Source: Eledone cirrhosa (lineage: Eukaryota). From it: a stretch of DNA of 64,000 nt. The translations under genes were made by a program, and so were the position numbers. Positions 43,101 to 55,977 of this stretch are shown one piece after another (within the stretch, counting starts at the first letter, position 1; each line of letters begins with the position of its first letter). Location of the stretch: the NCBI GenBank assembly GCA_964016885.1, contig OZ024743.1, positions 264,492,001 through 264,556,000 of the forward strand, given 5' to 3'. The notes under the pieces were generated by a model. That model saw only the letters and a list, made by a program, of their open reading frames with translations, ran no database searches and was not told the origin of the DNA.

Positions 43101-43506
43101 GTTCTCTCCCCTCTCTCTATCTCTATATTTATCTCTCTTGATTTTTTCTCTCTGTCTGGTGGTTTGATATCTTTCTGTTGTTTTTCTCTGTTTTCTTTTT
43201 TTCTTTTTTTTTTCTTCTTTTTCTTTATTTATCTCTCCGTTTCTTTCTCCACTTTTCTCTCTCTCCGTCTTTTTCCTTCTCCTTAACACGACGACTTACT
43301 AAAATAAACAAACCCACTATACTGATGTCTTCCAAAAGTAACGGTTGCATTTTGAAAGGGTACGTCAATGTTTATTTATAAAACTGGTATATATTGTATT
43401 TTGTCTGATGAAGGCATACCATAATTTAACATGGTATCCTTGAAATATGTATAATAAAATAGATATGGTTTTATAAATATAAATATATTTTCCATTTGTT
43501 AATATC

Positions 43507-43510
<4 letters not shown>
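40188..43510 (+). mobile_element. 5'-truncated AT-rich Penelope-like element (Naiad-like)
   Basis: PVRLIAPSKSDLG, QLDIANYYSSI, FDITMGS*DSAQVTDLVG, GLYRDD, VNFLDVTLNL, CNCRNKSNCPLNNNCL, YVGSTSTEFKCRFNNH, CDLCIEE, CRH. The ORF ends at 42076 and the 3' UTR carries an HHR. Confidence 0.92.
43397..43461 (+). ncRNA. Type I hammerhead ribozyme in PLE terminal repeat
   Basis: TATTTTGT-CTGATGA-AGG c ATACCAT aatttaac ATGGTAT c CTT-GAAA-TATGTA-TA-ATAAAATA. Confidence 0.88.
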
Positions 43511-43540
<30 letters not shown>

Positions 43541-43542
<2 letters not shown>

Positions 43543-46500
43543 GAAAAATTTGAACAGGGACAAAACAGAGAGGCAGTACAATAAATGTTTATTAATTTCA
43601 CGCTCAGGAGAGTGGGGCGTAGGTGGGGTACGACGTTTCGGGCATAAGCCCTTCCTCAGGTGAGAAGTGTGTGGGAACAGAGTTCAAAAGGTGTGTGGGG
43701 GAGTGGTGGAGAGACATATAGCGAAAGGAAACGGTGCGAATGAAAAATTAACAAATAAAGATAAAAATAAAAATAAAGCATGATCAAAATACAAGGAATG
43801 AGAAAATTTAAAAATAAAGGCATGATCAAAATAAACTGAAATTAAAAGGGGGTTAAACAGGTGGTGGAAGGGTGTGGGGTGAGTAGGGGTGGTGGCGGGT
43901 GGAGTGGGGAGACGGAGACGGGGTGTCCGAGTGGGGAGGGCTGAAGGTGGTGTGTGTATGTAGGTGTGCGTGTGTGTGTGTGTATGTGAAAGTAAGGGTT
44001 GGGGGAAGAACAGGGTTGCATGTTCAGGAAGAGGTGTGTGTGGGGGTGTTTTTGTGGGTCAGAGTGTCTGTGCGTGTGTGGATAGGGGGTGGGGGGAGAG
44101 GAATCAGGAGGCTGAGGGTGTAAATATGTGGTGGGAAGCACGTGTGTGAGAGGTTTAAGCGTGTTGTGGGTGTGGGTGGCGTGCGGAGAAAAAGATTTGT
44201 TTGGGGTGTGTGTGTGGGTGAGTTATATAGGTGATGACGTAAGAGGATGGTTGAAAAGTTGGTAAGTTCCAAGGATGTTTGGAGGATTGGTTATAAGTCA
44301 ATTTCTGCGTGTGGGTAATCCATGAAGCGGTGGTCGGAAGAGGAGAGATGTGGGGTGCGCGCGCAACAGGAAGTGGTCAGCAGTGGGAGTGCTGTGGTCT
44401 TTTGGTGCTGGGAGGTGGTCAGAAGGGCATAGCAGCAGTCGGTGGAATGGTAAGGGGGCGAGAATGGGTAGGTGAGAAAGTTGGAGTGAGGAGGGTGTGT
44501 GTGTGTGTGTGTGTATTAGTAGGGGTGTTAGTGGGATGAGTGAGTGTGGAGCGGGGGTGTGGGTGGAGCGGGGAGAGAAGGGTGTGTGTGGTTCTATGGA
44601 GGGAGTGTTGTGTACTGGTGTGTGTGTAGTTTGGTGAAGAGGTGTTAGTGGGTGTTAGTATACGGGAGGTGAGGAGGGGTTGAATGCAGGTGTGAGTGGG
44701 GGTTAGTGGTGGTAGGGTGTGTAGAGTTGGTGGTGTACGAGGGTGTGTGGGTACGTGTGCGTGGGGTTGGGGGGTGTTAGTGATGTTAGTTGCGTGTGGG
44801 GTGGGTGGTGTAAGTGGGTGCGTGTGTGCGTGTGATGAGGGGGAGGAGGAGAAGAGGGGAGGGAAGGGATGTTAGTATGTTAGTTGGGGAAGGGTGGTCA
44901 GATGAGGGGTGGAGTGGAGGTGTTAGTATTGTTAGTGTAGGGTGGGCGGTGAAAAGGAGGGGTGTGTTAGTGGGGGATAAGTGTGGGTTGTCGAACGCTA
45001 AAGGAATAAGGGTGGGGAGTTCAGGCCGGGGGAAGTGTGGGTCTGTAAGATGAAGATAGTTCGTTGTTCGACCGTAAGGCGATGGGCGGGTGTTCCGTGG
45101 CACTGGAGTAGGCCACAGACTGTGAGATGGCGTGCGGAGTCTCCAGGGCCACCAAAGTGGCGGGCGATGGGGGAACTGCCCCCGAGACGAATATCCCGGA
45201 GGTGCTCCGTGACTCGGTCCGCCAGGCGACGTCCCGTCTGTCCGACATAAGTCCGTAGACTAGGTTGGAGGAGGTGCAGCGGAAGGCATGCCGGACCGAG
45301 AGAGAGTGGCCGTTGGGACCCTGGAAGGTGGTGGTGTTGGTGATGTGGGGACAGGTGTTGCAGTGGGGCCTTGAACAGGGAAAGGAACCGGGAGGGGGGA
45401 ACAGAGCGTGGGTTGGGGGGTAGGGAGCTGTGGACGAGGAGGGTGCGGAGATTGCGTGCGCGTTTGAAGGAGGGGAGTGGTGGGGTTGGGAAGATGTGGG
45501 AGGTGGAGGGGTCGGACTGGAGGCGTCGGAAGAGGCGGCGGATGGTGCGGTGGAGGAGTAAGGTGGAGGGGTGGTAGGTGATGGGGAAGGGTAGACGGTG
45601 GGTTGGTGTGCGGTGGCGTGGGGTGAGGGTGGTGGAGCGGGGGATAGCACGGGCGCGGGTGAGAGCGGTGTAGACGAGAGAGAGGGGTAACCTCTGCGGA
45701 TGAAATGGCTGACTAGGGAAAGGGCCTGGGACTCGAAGTCAGCATCACGGCTACAGAGGCGGCGGATCCTGAGAAGTTGGGAGTAGGGAATGGAGTGTTT
45801 AGTGTGGGTGGGTTGGGAAGAGGTGAAGTCGAGGTAAGAGTGGGAGTCGGTGGGTTTGAAGAAGGCGGAGGTGACGAGGGAGTGGTGGGAGGGGTCGAAG
45901 GCGACGGAGATGTCTAAGAAGTGGACGTGGGTGGTGGAGATAGTGGTGGTGAAGTGGAGGGAGGGGTGGAAGGAGCAGAAGAAGGAGAGAAAGGAGTCGA
46001 GCTGTTCTCGGGTGAGGGTCGTGGCTCTGATACAGTCGTCAATGTAACGACCGTAGAGTTCGAGCGTGGGGCCGGTGTACTGGGCAAAGATTTGGGCCTC
46101 AACATGGCCAACAAAAAGGTTGGCATAGTTCGGGCCCATTCTTGTGCCCATGGCTACCCCCGTAACCTGTTGGTAAAACTCACCCGAGAAGGAGAAACAA
46201 TTTAGGCTGAGGACCAGCTCGGCGAGGCGAAGGGGGGTGGGGGTGGAGGGAATGGGGGAGGGGAGAAGGTCGAGGTAGAGTTTGAGGGCGCGAAGGCCGT
46301 CGGCGTGGGGGATGACTGTATAGAGGGACTTGATGTCTAGGGTGATGAGGAAGGGCTGTGGGCCGGGTAGTTAGGTGAAGGAGTCGAAAAGGCGCAGGGC
46401 GTGGTTCGTGTCGGAGATGTGGGAGGGGAGGGTGGTGACAAGGGGGGCGAGGAGGGAGTCGAGAAAGGCGGAGATGAGTTCGGTGGGGCAGTTGCAAGCG

Positions 46501-47885
46501 GAGACGATGTGGTGGCCGGGGTTGTCGGGTTTGTGGAGTTTGGGGAGGAAGTAGATGGTGGGGATACGGGGGTGCGGACGATGAGGTGGGAAGTGATGGG
46601 GGAGAGGAGGGAGGAGGCGATAAGGTCTTTGATGGTGGAGGAGACTTGTTGTTGGTAGAGGGGGTGGGATCGGAGGGTAGAGGGCGGTAAAAGAGGGGGT
46701 TACAGAGCTGCCTGAGGGCTTCGGCCGTGTAGAGGTCCGCGCGCCATACCACTACGGCGCCTCCCTTGTCCGCCGGTTTGATGACGATGTCATCTCGGCT
46801 GCGGAGGGAGCGGAGAGCGAGGAGTTCGCCCCGTGAGATATTGTGCCGTTTGGAACGGTGGCGGAAGTCGAAACGATTTACTGCGCTACGGCTGGCATCG
46901 ACGAAGGCGTCCAGGGTGCTAAATTGCCCTGGGGCCGGCGTCCAAGAAGATGGTCGTCGGCCCAGGGCGAGAAACGGGTCTGGGGCGTCCGGAGCCGTTG
47001 GCGTTCGGCCGAAATGTGCTTGTAGCATAGTGCGTCGCACGAATCGCTCGACTTCCGTTCGGGTGCGGAACTCGTCGCTGTGCGGAGTGTGGGGTATGAA
47101 GCGAAGGCCTCTACTAAGGAGTGAGCACTCAGGTGAGGAGAGGGGGAGATCAGGGGGTACGGTGACACCAAGGGGGTTGGGGGGTTGGGGGTGGAGGGGG
47201 AGATCGGGTAGGGGGTCGAGGGAGAGGTGGAGAGTGGTGGGCGTATGGGGATGGGCGGGTGGTGGTGGATGGGGGTGGGTAGAAGTGAGTGTAGCTTGCG
47301 GGCTTTGGTGGAGCTGAGGAACGAGAAGAGGTTGTGGTTGAGGTTGTGGATGAAGGAGAGGATGGCTTGGGCGAGGAGGGGGTGGCAGGTGGAGTAAAGG
47401 CGGAAGGGGGTGGGGGTCAGTTGGTGGTCAAGTAGGCGGAGGGAGGAATGGGAGGCGCGGATGGAGTTGCGCTCCAGGGGGCGTGAGGATCGGGTGAGGA
47501 TACGTTGCGTGGAGGGGCAAGCGGCGGGGGAGGGGTAGAAGTGTAGACGGAAGCCGAGGGGGATAAGGTGGAGGCGGAGGCAGTGGCTGAGGAAATGGAT
47601 GTGGCTGTAGTGCCGGGTTTTGGCGAAGAGAAGGTAGGAGAGTTGAAGGGCGGAGGGGAGATAGCAGGGTGGGAGGAGGGGGTGAGGAAAAGTTCGAGGC
47701 GATTGTGTAGTTGGTGGAGAAAGGATCTCAGGTTGGGCATGATGGGCGTTGGGTGAAAGCAGGGGGAGGGATGAGACGGCAGGGGTGTGAAGCGGGGTGG
47801 AGTGAACGAAGGGGTGAGTACGAAGGATAGGCAGAGACGGGGAAGGGAAATGAAACAGAAAAACGTAGGGAGGGGGGAGTAAACA
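43541..47885 (-). mobile_element. Near full-length GC-rich Penelope-like element (RT + GIY-YIG), frameshifted
   Basis: Probable ATG at 47740; KPADKGGAVVVW, GVAMGTRMGPNYANLFVG, YGRYIDDC, FLDISV, KPTDSHSYL, CSRPHCNTC, NLVY..YVGQTGRRLADRVTEH. ~1.4-kb C/A-rich 3' UTR, HHR and AATAAA near the 3' end. Confidence 0.92.
43629..43662 (-). ncRNA. Minimal type I hammerhead ribozyme of PLE
   Basis: CAC-CTGAGGA-a GGGC ttat GCCC-GAAA-CG-TC-GTA. Palindromic ACGT stem III. Confidence 0.85.
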
Positions 47886-47914
47886 CACATATATATATAT
47901 GTATATATATATAT

Positions 47915-48941
47915 GGTATCAGACAAGAGGGACTAGATATCCAACTAGCCTACTCAGGACATTTTCTACGCAGACAGCTAACCAAAAGACACTCCACCAG
48001 ACACGACAGCCGCTGCAAACTAGCCAACTGCCCCATCAACGACACAGACCTATGCCACCAGGCTTACGTCGTATACAGATTAGAGTGCGACAAATGCAGC
48101 AATTTCTGCATAGGTAGCACCTCCAGACCTCTTCACATAAGAATAAAAGAACACCTGAATACAAACGCTTCCTCATTTAAGAAACAGCTAGTGAAATGCA
48201 AAAACACCGACAAAAGCATAATAGTTCGGATAGAAGCTAAGGAAAGAAACCTCGGCAATCTTAGAATTAAATAAGCACTGATTATAGACAAAACGCAACC
48301 ACCAATCAATAACAGACTAGAACTCAACACCCTATATTTAACATGATAGAGCACCTAGCCCCACACTTACACCTCCACATACACTCTCCCTGACACACAC
48401 ACGCACACGCACGCACATACACACAGACTTACACCTCCACTTATTCTCTCTCACACACACACATACACAGACAAAGACCAGTTTTAACATAACAGAGCAT
48501 CTAGCCCCCACATTCACATATAGACATATCCTCTCACACTCACACACACACGCACACGCACACATATGCTTACACCTTCACAAATTCTCCCACACACACT
48601 TAAACATACATGTCCAAATCCTTTTTAAAGGGAGACAACTCTTTATCCACCTAACCTTCATTTTTTTACATTAGAAATAGAATGGAATTTCTATACCATT
48701 TCCTGTCAGCATGATTTGGTAAGCTAATTAGAAACTGGATTAACCCTTTACTTCCCTCCGAAGAAGAGATATTATCTCTAAAATTAAGGATATTCAAATA
48801 AATTTAAGGTAAAATACTAATTTTCAGCAATATCTTTTGCATTTGTATTTATATTCTATATCCATACCTGCATTGTTTTGGCCTTCTAACTCCAAATGTT
48901 TATACCTCATTACGCAATGCTTCAAGTAAACTAGAATTTCC

Positions 48942-48945
<4 letters not shown>
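47915..48945 (+). mobile_element. PLE 3' fragment (GIY-YIG endonuclease + UTR with decayed HHR)
   Basis: CKLANCPIND..LCHQAYVVYRLECDKCSNFCIGSTSRPLHIRIKEH..ALII...PPINNR. Decayed HHR CCGAAGA-AGAGAT att ATCTCT-AAAA at ~48758-48783. Confidence 0.8.
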
Positions 48946-49009
<64 letters not shown>

Positions 49010-49100
49010 ATATATGATATATATATATATATATATATATGATATATATGATATATATATATATATGATATATATGATATATATATATATATGATATATA

Positions 49101-49188
<88 letters not shown>

Positions 49189-49294
49189 AATTAGTATATC
49201 TACCAACATATTTATACAGAGGTATACATATGCTAGCAAGATATAGGTTTTGTCTTAGTAACTTTGTTGTTCAATACAAAAATGTAGAAGAATT

Positions 49295-49394
49295 ATATGA
49301 AAAACGTAAAACAAGAAAATTATAATAATTAACTTACTTACTTTTAAGTAAGTAAGTTAATTATTATAATTTTCTTATTTTACGTCTTTCATAT
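49295..49394. repeat. ~100-bp AT-rich palindrome
   Basis: ATATGAAAAACGTAAAACAAGAAAATTATAATAATTAACTTACTTAC pairs with GTAAGTAAGTTAATTATTATAATTTTCTTATTTTACGTCTTTCATAT. Confidence 0.85.
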
Positions 49395-49406
49395 ATATAT
49401 ATATAT

Positions 49407-50083
49407 ATGCCGTTAGCTTCTTGCTAAAACAATCTCTATACCTCTCATTTATATTTATACTCGGATTCTTTTCCTAGAGTGCTTAGACTATCTGTGACTA
49501 ATCCCGGTTTTTTTCATAAAAACTGTGATAATTATTGCTATTTTGCTGAACTCCTTTTGTACAGTTTTTTTTCAGAATGTATTTGACTGCTATTTCTTGT
49601 AAATAAACATTCACTTCCATCCTGACGTCACTAGCCCCGTTTTTTCCTCATGTGCTTTTACATAATTACATATGAAGGCGAACTAGCCAGTTTTAGAATT
49701 CCCTTTTTCGGATTATATTACTGTGAGAGCCCTGGTTTTCCGTTGAGCTCTGCTGATGAATGAAATCCAACCGTGACCATCTCCACTGAAAGTTTTCATG
49801 AAATAGTCTTTTAAGACTATACAGAGCATTTGATGTTATTCCAAATTGAAGGATAAGTGTTTCAAACTTTATTTTATCATGAGTTAAAGGTCTATAGATT
49901 TTTCCCCGGATTTCACTAAATTCTGTGGATGAATTTATATCCTGATTCTCTTTTGAGATGAGTTTGAGTTATTTTTCCTAAATCTTTCGTTAACTACTTT
50001 TCCCATCTTGACGTTATAGTCGCATATATGTTATAGAATGCCGTTAGCTTCTTGCTAAAACAATCTCTATAACTCTCATTTAT
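49407..50083 (+). mobile_element. Retrozyme-like monomer (631 bp) with ~46-bp terminal direct redundancy
   Basis: ATGCCGTTAGCTTCTTGCTAAAACAATCTCTATA.CTCTCATTTAT at 49407 and 50038, with a central HHR and (TA)n flanks. No ORF. Confidence 0.8.
49747..49827 (+). ncRNA. Type I hammerhead ribozyme with three full stems
   Basis: GCTCTG-CTGATGA-ATGAAA..TTTCAT-GAAA-TAGTCT ttta AGACTA-TA-CAGAGC. Confidence 0.93.
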
Positions 50084-50172
50084 ATATATATGGTATATAT
50101 ATATATATATATATATAAATATATGGTATATATATATATATATATACCATATATATGGTATATATATATATA

Positions 50173-50230
<58 letters not shown>

Positions 50231-50236
<6 letters not shown>

Positions 50237-51288
50237 ATAGTTGGGGAGCGTCATATTTGAGTAATATTGCCAGAATTAATAACAGAACACACTCAATGTT
50301 TGGTTGGTTTTCGCTTCTCACTTCTGTGTCTTTTATATCGGTAGTCTAACTTACTCGGTCCTCAATGTAATAGGAAATTATCATATGTAAGGTGAACCAC
50401 CGGATAAACTGTAAAACTAGAAACGTAGTCTATAGCATAAGATGTACAGAGGGTACTTGCAGAAACATGACAACAACATACATAGGTGAGACAGCTCGTA
50501 GCATAGGTGAAAGGATAGACCAACACTGGGGGGAACTAAAAGGACGAAAAAACGGGTCAGTACTATACGAACATACTAGACAACAACATGACGGTAACAT
50601 AGACAACATAGAAATTAGAATAATATCTAAACATAGAAATGACCCAGCAGATAGGCAAATCAGAGAGGCCAGTGAAATAGAAATTAGATGACTAAGGCTA
50701 AACAGAAAGATTGAATGAAATAACAACAACACCCAAACAAACAACACTGACCTAAGAGAAGTATAAATAAGTAAATAAAATAAAATAAATAAATAAATAA
50801 ATACATACACAAGCACAATAACAACAAGCACATAAACACACACTAGTCACCCATCCCACAGCAAACAAAACGCTATACACACACGCAAACGCATGCGCAA
50901 AGAAGACAAAATAAAATAAACAAACAAGCAAATAAATAAATTAATATATAGACAGACTGAATAAAAATGGCGTAGAATACAACAGGAGGAAAATATAACA
51001 CCACTGACGATGTTGCAGATGTGCAACGAAAGATTTATGAAAAACTATATATATGTGTTTGTGTCTATATTGTATCTGTATTATTTTTGACCGTCGGTCT
51101 GTCAATGGCAACATTGAGGACCGAGTAAGTTAGACTACCGATATAAAAAACACAGAAGCGAGAAGCGAAATCCAACCAAACAGTGAGTGTGTTCTGTTAT
51201 TAATTCTGGCAATATTACACAAATATGACGCTCCCAGAGTATAACAATATTTGTTTCGACACACGATTTCATATAAAAAACCTCGCAA

Positions 51289-51291
<3 letters not shown>
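50231..51291 (+). mobile_element. PLE 3' fragment (GIY-YIG) with a 5' inverted terminal repeat
   Basis: CKTRNVVYSIRC..YIGETARSIGERIDQH..RQIREASEI. 50231-50368 is the reverse complement of 51111-51248. HHR at 51001. Confidence 0.88.
51001..51040 (+). ncRNA. Minimal type I hammerhead ribozyme (weakened stems I and III)
   Basis: CCA-CTGACGA-t GTTGCA gatg TGCAAC-GAAA-GATT-TA-TGA. Confidence 0.75.
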
Positions 51292-51322
<31 letters not shown>

Positions 51323-51339
51323 TACATATAAATATATGG

Positions 51340-51371
<32 letters not shown>

Positions 51372-51374
51372 AAT

Positions 51375-51459
<85 letters not shown>

Positions 51460-51485
51460 AGTTATATATACATATATATATATTT

Positions 51486-51522
<37 letters not shown>

Positions 51523-51542
51523 AGTTATATATACATATATAT

Positions 51543-51577
<35 letters not shown>

Positions 51578-51580
51578 AGT

Positions 51581-51622
<42 letters not shown>

Positions 51623-51623
51623 T

Positions 51624-51699
<76 letters not shown>

Positions 51700-51705
<6 letters not shown>

Positions 51706-52558
51706 ATTTGAACTAATACACTTTGGAAAAAAGGATGCCCTGAAACTACCATACTCTCTTCCTTCGAGTGAAACTCTAGTGGCTTCCAATAACATCAGAA
51801 ACTTGGGAGTAATTGTGGACAACAATATAAGCTGGGCCTCTCATATAAACAGCAAAGTTGATATGGCCCGCAGAATGTGTTCCTGGATTCTCAGAACTTT
51901 CCAGTTCAGAGATATCCACACTGTTGTACTTCTCTTCTCCACTTTTGCCCGACCCCATCTTGAATACTGTTGTCCACTGCGGTCAGCCCACACAAAACAA
52001 AGTATCATGGAAGTTGAGGCACCCCCAAATGTCAATTATAAAAAAGATAGTTAGCATGACAGGCCTTGATTATTGGGGTCTATTAGAAAAGCTCAAACTT
52101 TATTCTCTTCAACGTCGCTGTGAGCGCTATATTATCTGTATGATGTGGAAAATATTCCATCAGCTTAGCCCAAATGATGTTGGCATCACCTTTAGTGTAC
52201 ACCCAAGGCGTTGGCCCCGTGCTATCCGCCCACGACAAAAATCCCACTCGCATCACATAACAACAATACGGCACAATTATTTCACCTCAATTGGCCCTGC
52301 TCTCTTTAACATTACACCAAAACACATCAAAGCAGAGACAGACCCCATCAAGTTCAAGAAATCTTTGGATAAATTCCTTCAAGAAATCCCGGATATGCCT
52401 CCTACACCCGGATATGCCTCTGTAAACAATAACTCTCTGCTCGAGTGGGCCATGGTGCCCAAACACTGATTTGAAAGACTTCGCCAGGTGGTGTTTTTTA
52501 AGTTAGACATGGCCTGGGCTAATACTGGCCGAAACCTATCAAAGTTATCAAAGTAAAG

Positions 52559-52560
<2 letters not shown>
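51700..52560 (+). mobile_element. 5'-truncated CR1-group LINE (RT C-terminus + 3' UTR)
   Basis: [58 protein letters not shown]. Short AAAGT(T) tandem tail and (TA)n flanks. Confidence 0.88.
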
Positions 52561-52614
<54 letters not shown>

Positions 52615-52953
52615 AAAAAAAGATGAAATCGAAAATGCAACTGGAGTCTTATTTAAAAAAATATATATATATTTATTTGGTCCCTTTACCGGTTTTGCAG
52701 TTCTTGAATATGGTTCAGTGAATATTGCTAGTTCGCTGGGGTGTCAGAGTTCAGATTTTCTATTGAAATAAAGAAAGTAGACATATGTATGTTTATTTGT
52801 GTGTTTGTGTGTGTGTGTATGTATGTGTATAGGAAGATGATTATATTGGTAGAAATGAGGGAAGGGAGTTGTGTGTGTGTATATGGGTGTTATGTGTGTG
52901 TGTGGGGGGGGGGGAGTATGTTAAGATGGAGAGAAAGTGATTCTATTAGTAGA

Positions 52954-53107
52954 ATCGACGGCTAATTCTGGACAGAATTAGCCGTCGAAACGGCTTGAGC
53001 TCAGTCGTCGGGGTCGTACTCGTTCCTATTACCCACTCTACTACCCTAAGTATTGAGTACTTTGGTGCGTTATGGTCCATCTGGTTCCTTACCACATTTC
53101 CTTCGTT
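52954..53107 (+). mobile_element. Second copy of the 25605-25797 family (hairpin + GAAAC + tail)
   Basis: TCGACGGCTAATTCT ggac AGAATTAGCCGTCGAAAC... Highly similar to 25666-25797 and ends at the same base before (TA)n. Confidence 0.8.
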
Positions 53108-54617
53108 ATATATATATATATCGGGCAGAAGTTGGATTTAGAAATAGTAGTTAAAGAAGAAAGATAAAGAGTGAGATGAGGAAGGAATGAGGAGAAAAAC
53201 CACGTGTGTATTCAGTCAGACATTTTGTAGATTATATATATACTAAGAAAATATAGAATAGTTTCCTTAGATTAGTAAATACAAAATGGTATATAATTTG
53301 GGTTTTTCTTAAGGGTGTAGAATTTTAGCTTCTTTGCGTTGAAGTATTAATTAAAGGGAAATTCCTGCTGCTTATATTTGGCCGATATTTCACCTACATA
53401 ATAGAAATTAAGCATTTTGTTTTGAAGTCATGAATTGAAAGGGATTTCTACTATTGATGTTGGCCGACATTTGACCGAAATGCCATGATTGAACTTAGTA
53501 ACAGGGCTAAGAGCTATGGGTGAACGCATAGCGAAGATCATTGTTTTCTTTATTTCTTGTTTCGTTCTGTTTTTGTTTATTTGCTTCTTCACGTTCTTAA
53601 GAGATGGACGCTAATGTGACATATCTTGCTTTTGTTAAATAATTTTGCAAATTTGTTTGCACATTTGATCTTATTTATATATATTTATATAATTAAGGTG
53701 TTCGCTCTAACATAGCTGTATGCATATAAGTATGTGTATTTTTTATATCCAATTACATACGGAATGTTTGTGAATAAACTATTAAAAGCCCTCAGTTTTC
53801 AATTTTGAAAAGCAATAATGTAGAGCCTTCTAGTGGATTCCATATATATATATATATATATATATACTTGTATAAACACATACGCACTCATAAAATCGGT
53901 ACATTTCTATCATTTTCGTACAATCAATTTTGCAAAAGAGACAAAACGTTTAGCACCAGATATATATTCTCTGTATGCAATTGAGAAAGGAATGTAATTA
54001 CGGATGAAATGGAACATTTCAATTCATGAATATAACTTGATGTTGACATATATTTTGTCATGTATTTTGTCATTTGCGAAATCGGCTTGTCATATAGAAA
54101 CTTTTAATTAGGTAGTACATTGAGAAATGTGCCAGTAGTTGAATGATTAATTGAGATACACATGAGACCTCAATAAATATTTTGTTTTACGTTTCCTATC
54201 GATGTGTAGATCAAAATTATCCAATGAAATGTATTGTATGTCTCGTCAAGGATTGGGAATAAATATCTCAAAGTCTCAAGATCAGGAAGCGTCAATTTCC
54301 TACAGGATTTTCTGTTCGAAACGTTAGCCCTCTCTTTTTCATTTTACATTAAACTCTTCTACTTTTGAACAATTTGTGATATATATATATCGTGATATTC
54401 GTTGATACTGTTATATCCCGCATCGTACCTAGTCGGACACACCTATGATTAGAAGGACTTATCTTTACTCAAACTTCCTTTGGTTCATAGCAATGACTAC
54501 AATTATTCATTAACTCTTTCATCCTAAGGCAGTAGTGAGAAATCGAAGAAAGATTCGGCTGCTATTGTAACTGGTATAGAGATCGCATATAGGTGTTTAT
54601 TGCTTCCAACCTTTTCG

Positions 54618-54749
<132 letters not shown>

Positions 54750-55380
54750 TAATTCTATATATGATACTCTCACAATCATCTTTATTCCTAACGATGCATC
54801 CAATCCACTATACAATGATGTTATTGTGTGGATTCGTGCATGCTGCCGTGTCTCGATATAGTTTTAAAACAGTACAAACTCAAGAAAATTGAAATATTTA
54901 TTTGAATTTCGATTTCCAAACATAACTTCTTTCATGGATTTATCTCGCTACACATTCTGCGTAAAGGCCATTCGAAACAAACGAAATTGATCCATCATTG
55001 ATACGAAACAGGAACGTGTAGTATTAAAACACAACATATAGCGATTTCCTTACAAATTAATGTTTTAAACCACTTATATGAACACACATCTGCATTTTCT
55101 TTGATATTATTGGAAAAAATAATCAACAAATTGGAAGCCATTTTTTGTTGAATATCACGATCCTAATATTTTTCTAATTTAATTTTTTTTCTTTATTAGT
55201 ACGATTTTAAAAATGAAACTAGATACATATTATGGAACGGAATACGTAATATATATCTAACAGTAAAATAGTCGTAGGAATAGAATTAAATTGCTTCGTG
55301 ATTATATGTTCTAAGTAATGCTACCCTAAAAAAGTATCAGTATACGAACAATATAACTCCACACATATACATATATGTAA

Positions 55381-55447
<67 letters not shown>

Positions 55448-55706
55448 TACATAAAATGGCTTCGATAATTGCCTCTTTCTCATACATGGGTGGCATGAAC
55501 ATGATATTTTAGCCTTGACAAAAACTTAGATTCTTTTCTGCATATATAGTGCAGCAAGAAAAACGAAAGAAATGATATGCACACACAATTCACATGAAAG
55601 TTGTTTAGGTCAAAATCATTGGATACCATTAAATCGCAGGGTTTTCATCGGAGTTTTCCTTCTGGAATGATGTCCTAACAAGAACTAAGGTTTTCTCAAT
55701 CCCAGT

Positions 55707-55769
<63 letters not shown>

Positions 55770-55902
55770 GATCAAAATATGGTTAAAAGAGACCATCAAA
55801 GGTAAGGTATCCGATATAAGAGTTAGCGCTCAAACAGTCAAGGAGCAAGTTAATGTAGGAGGTGAGTTTTATTGCAGCACAATAAAGCAATGCAAATATC
55901 GG

Positions 55903-55973
<71 letters not shown>

Positions 55974-55977
<4 letters not shown>

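Noticed and set aside
46401-47317. Plus-strand Gly/Arg-rich ORFs
   Set aside because: Antisense shadows of the GC-rich PLE ORF on the minus strand.
52680-52750. Minus-strand ..CTGACAC...AAAACCGGTA.. resembling an HHR before AATAAA
   Set aside because: Both core segments are mutated; at most a relic, so it was not annotated.
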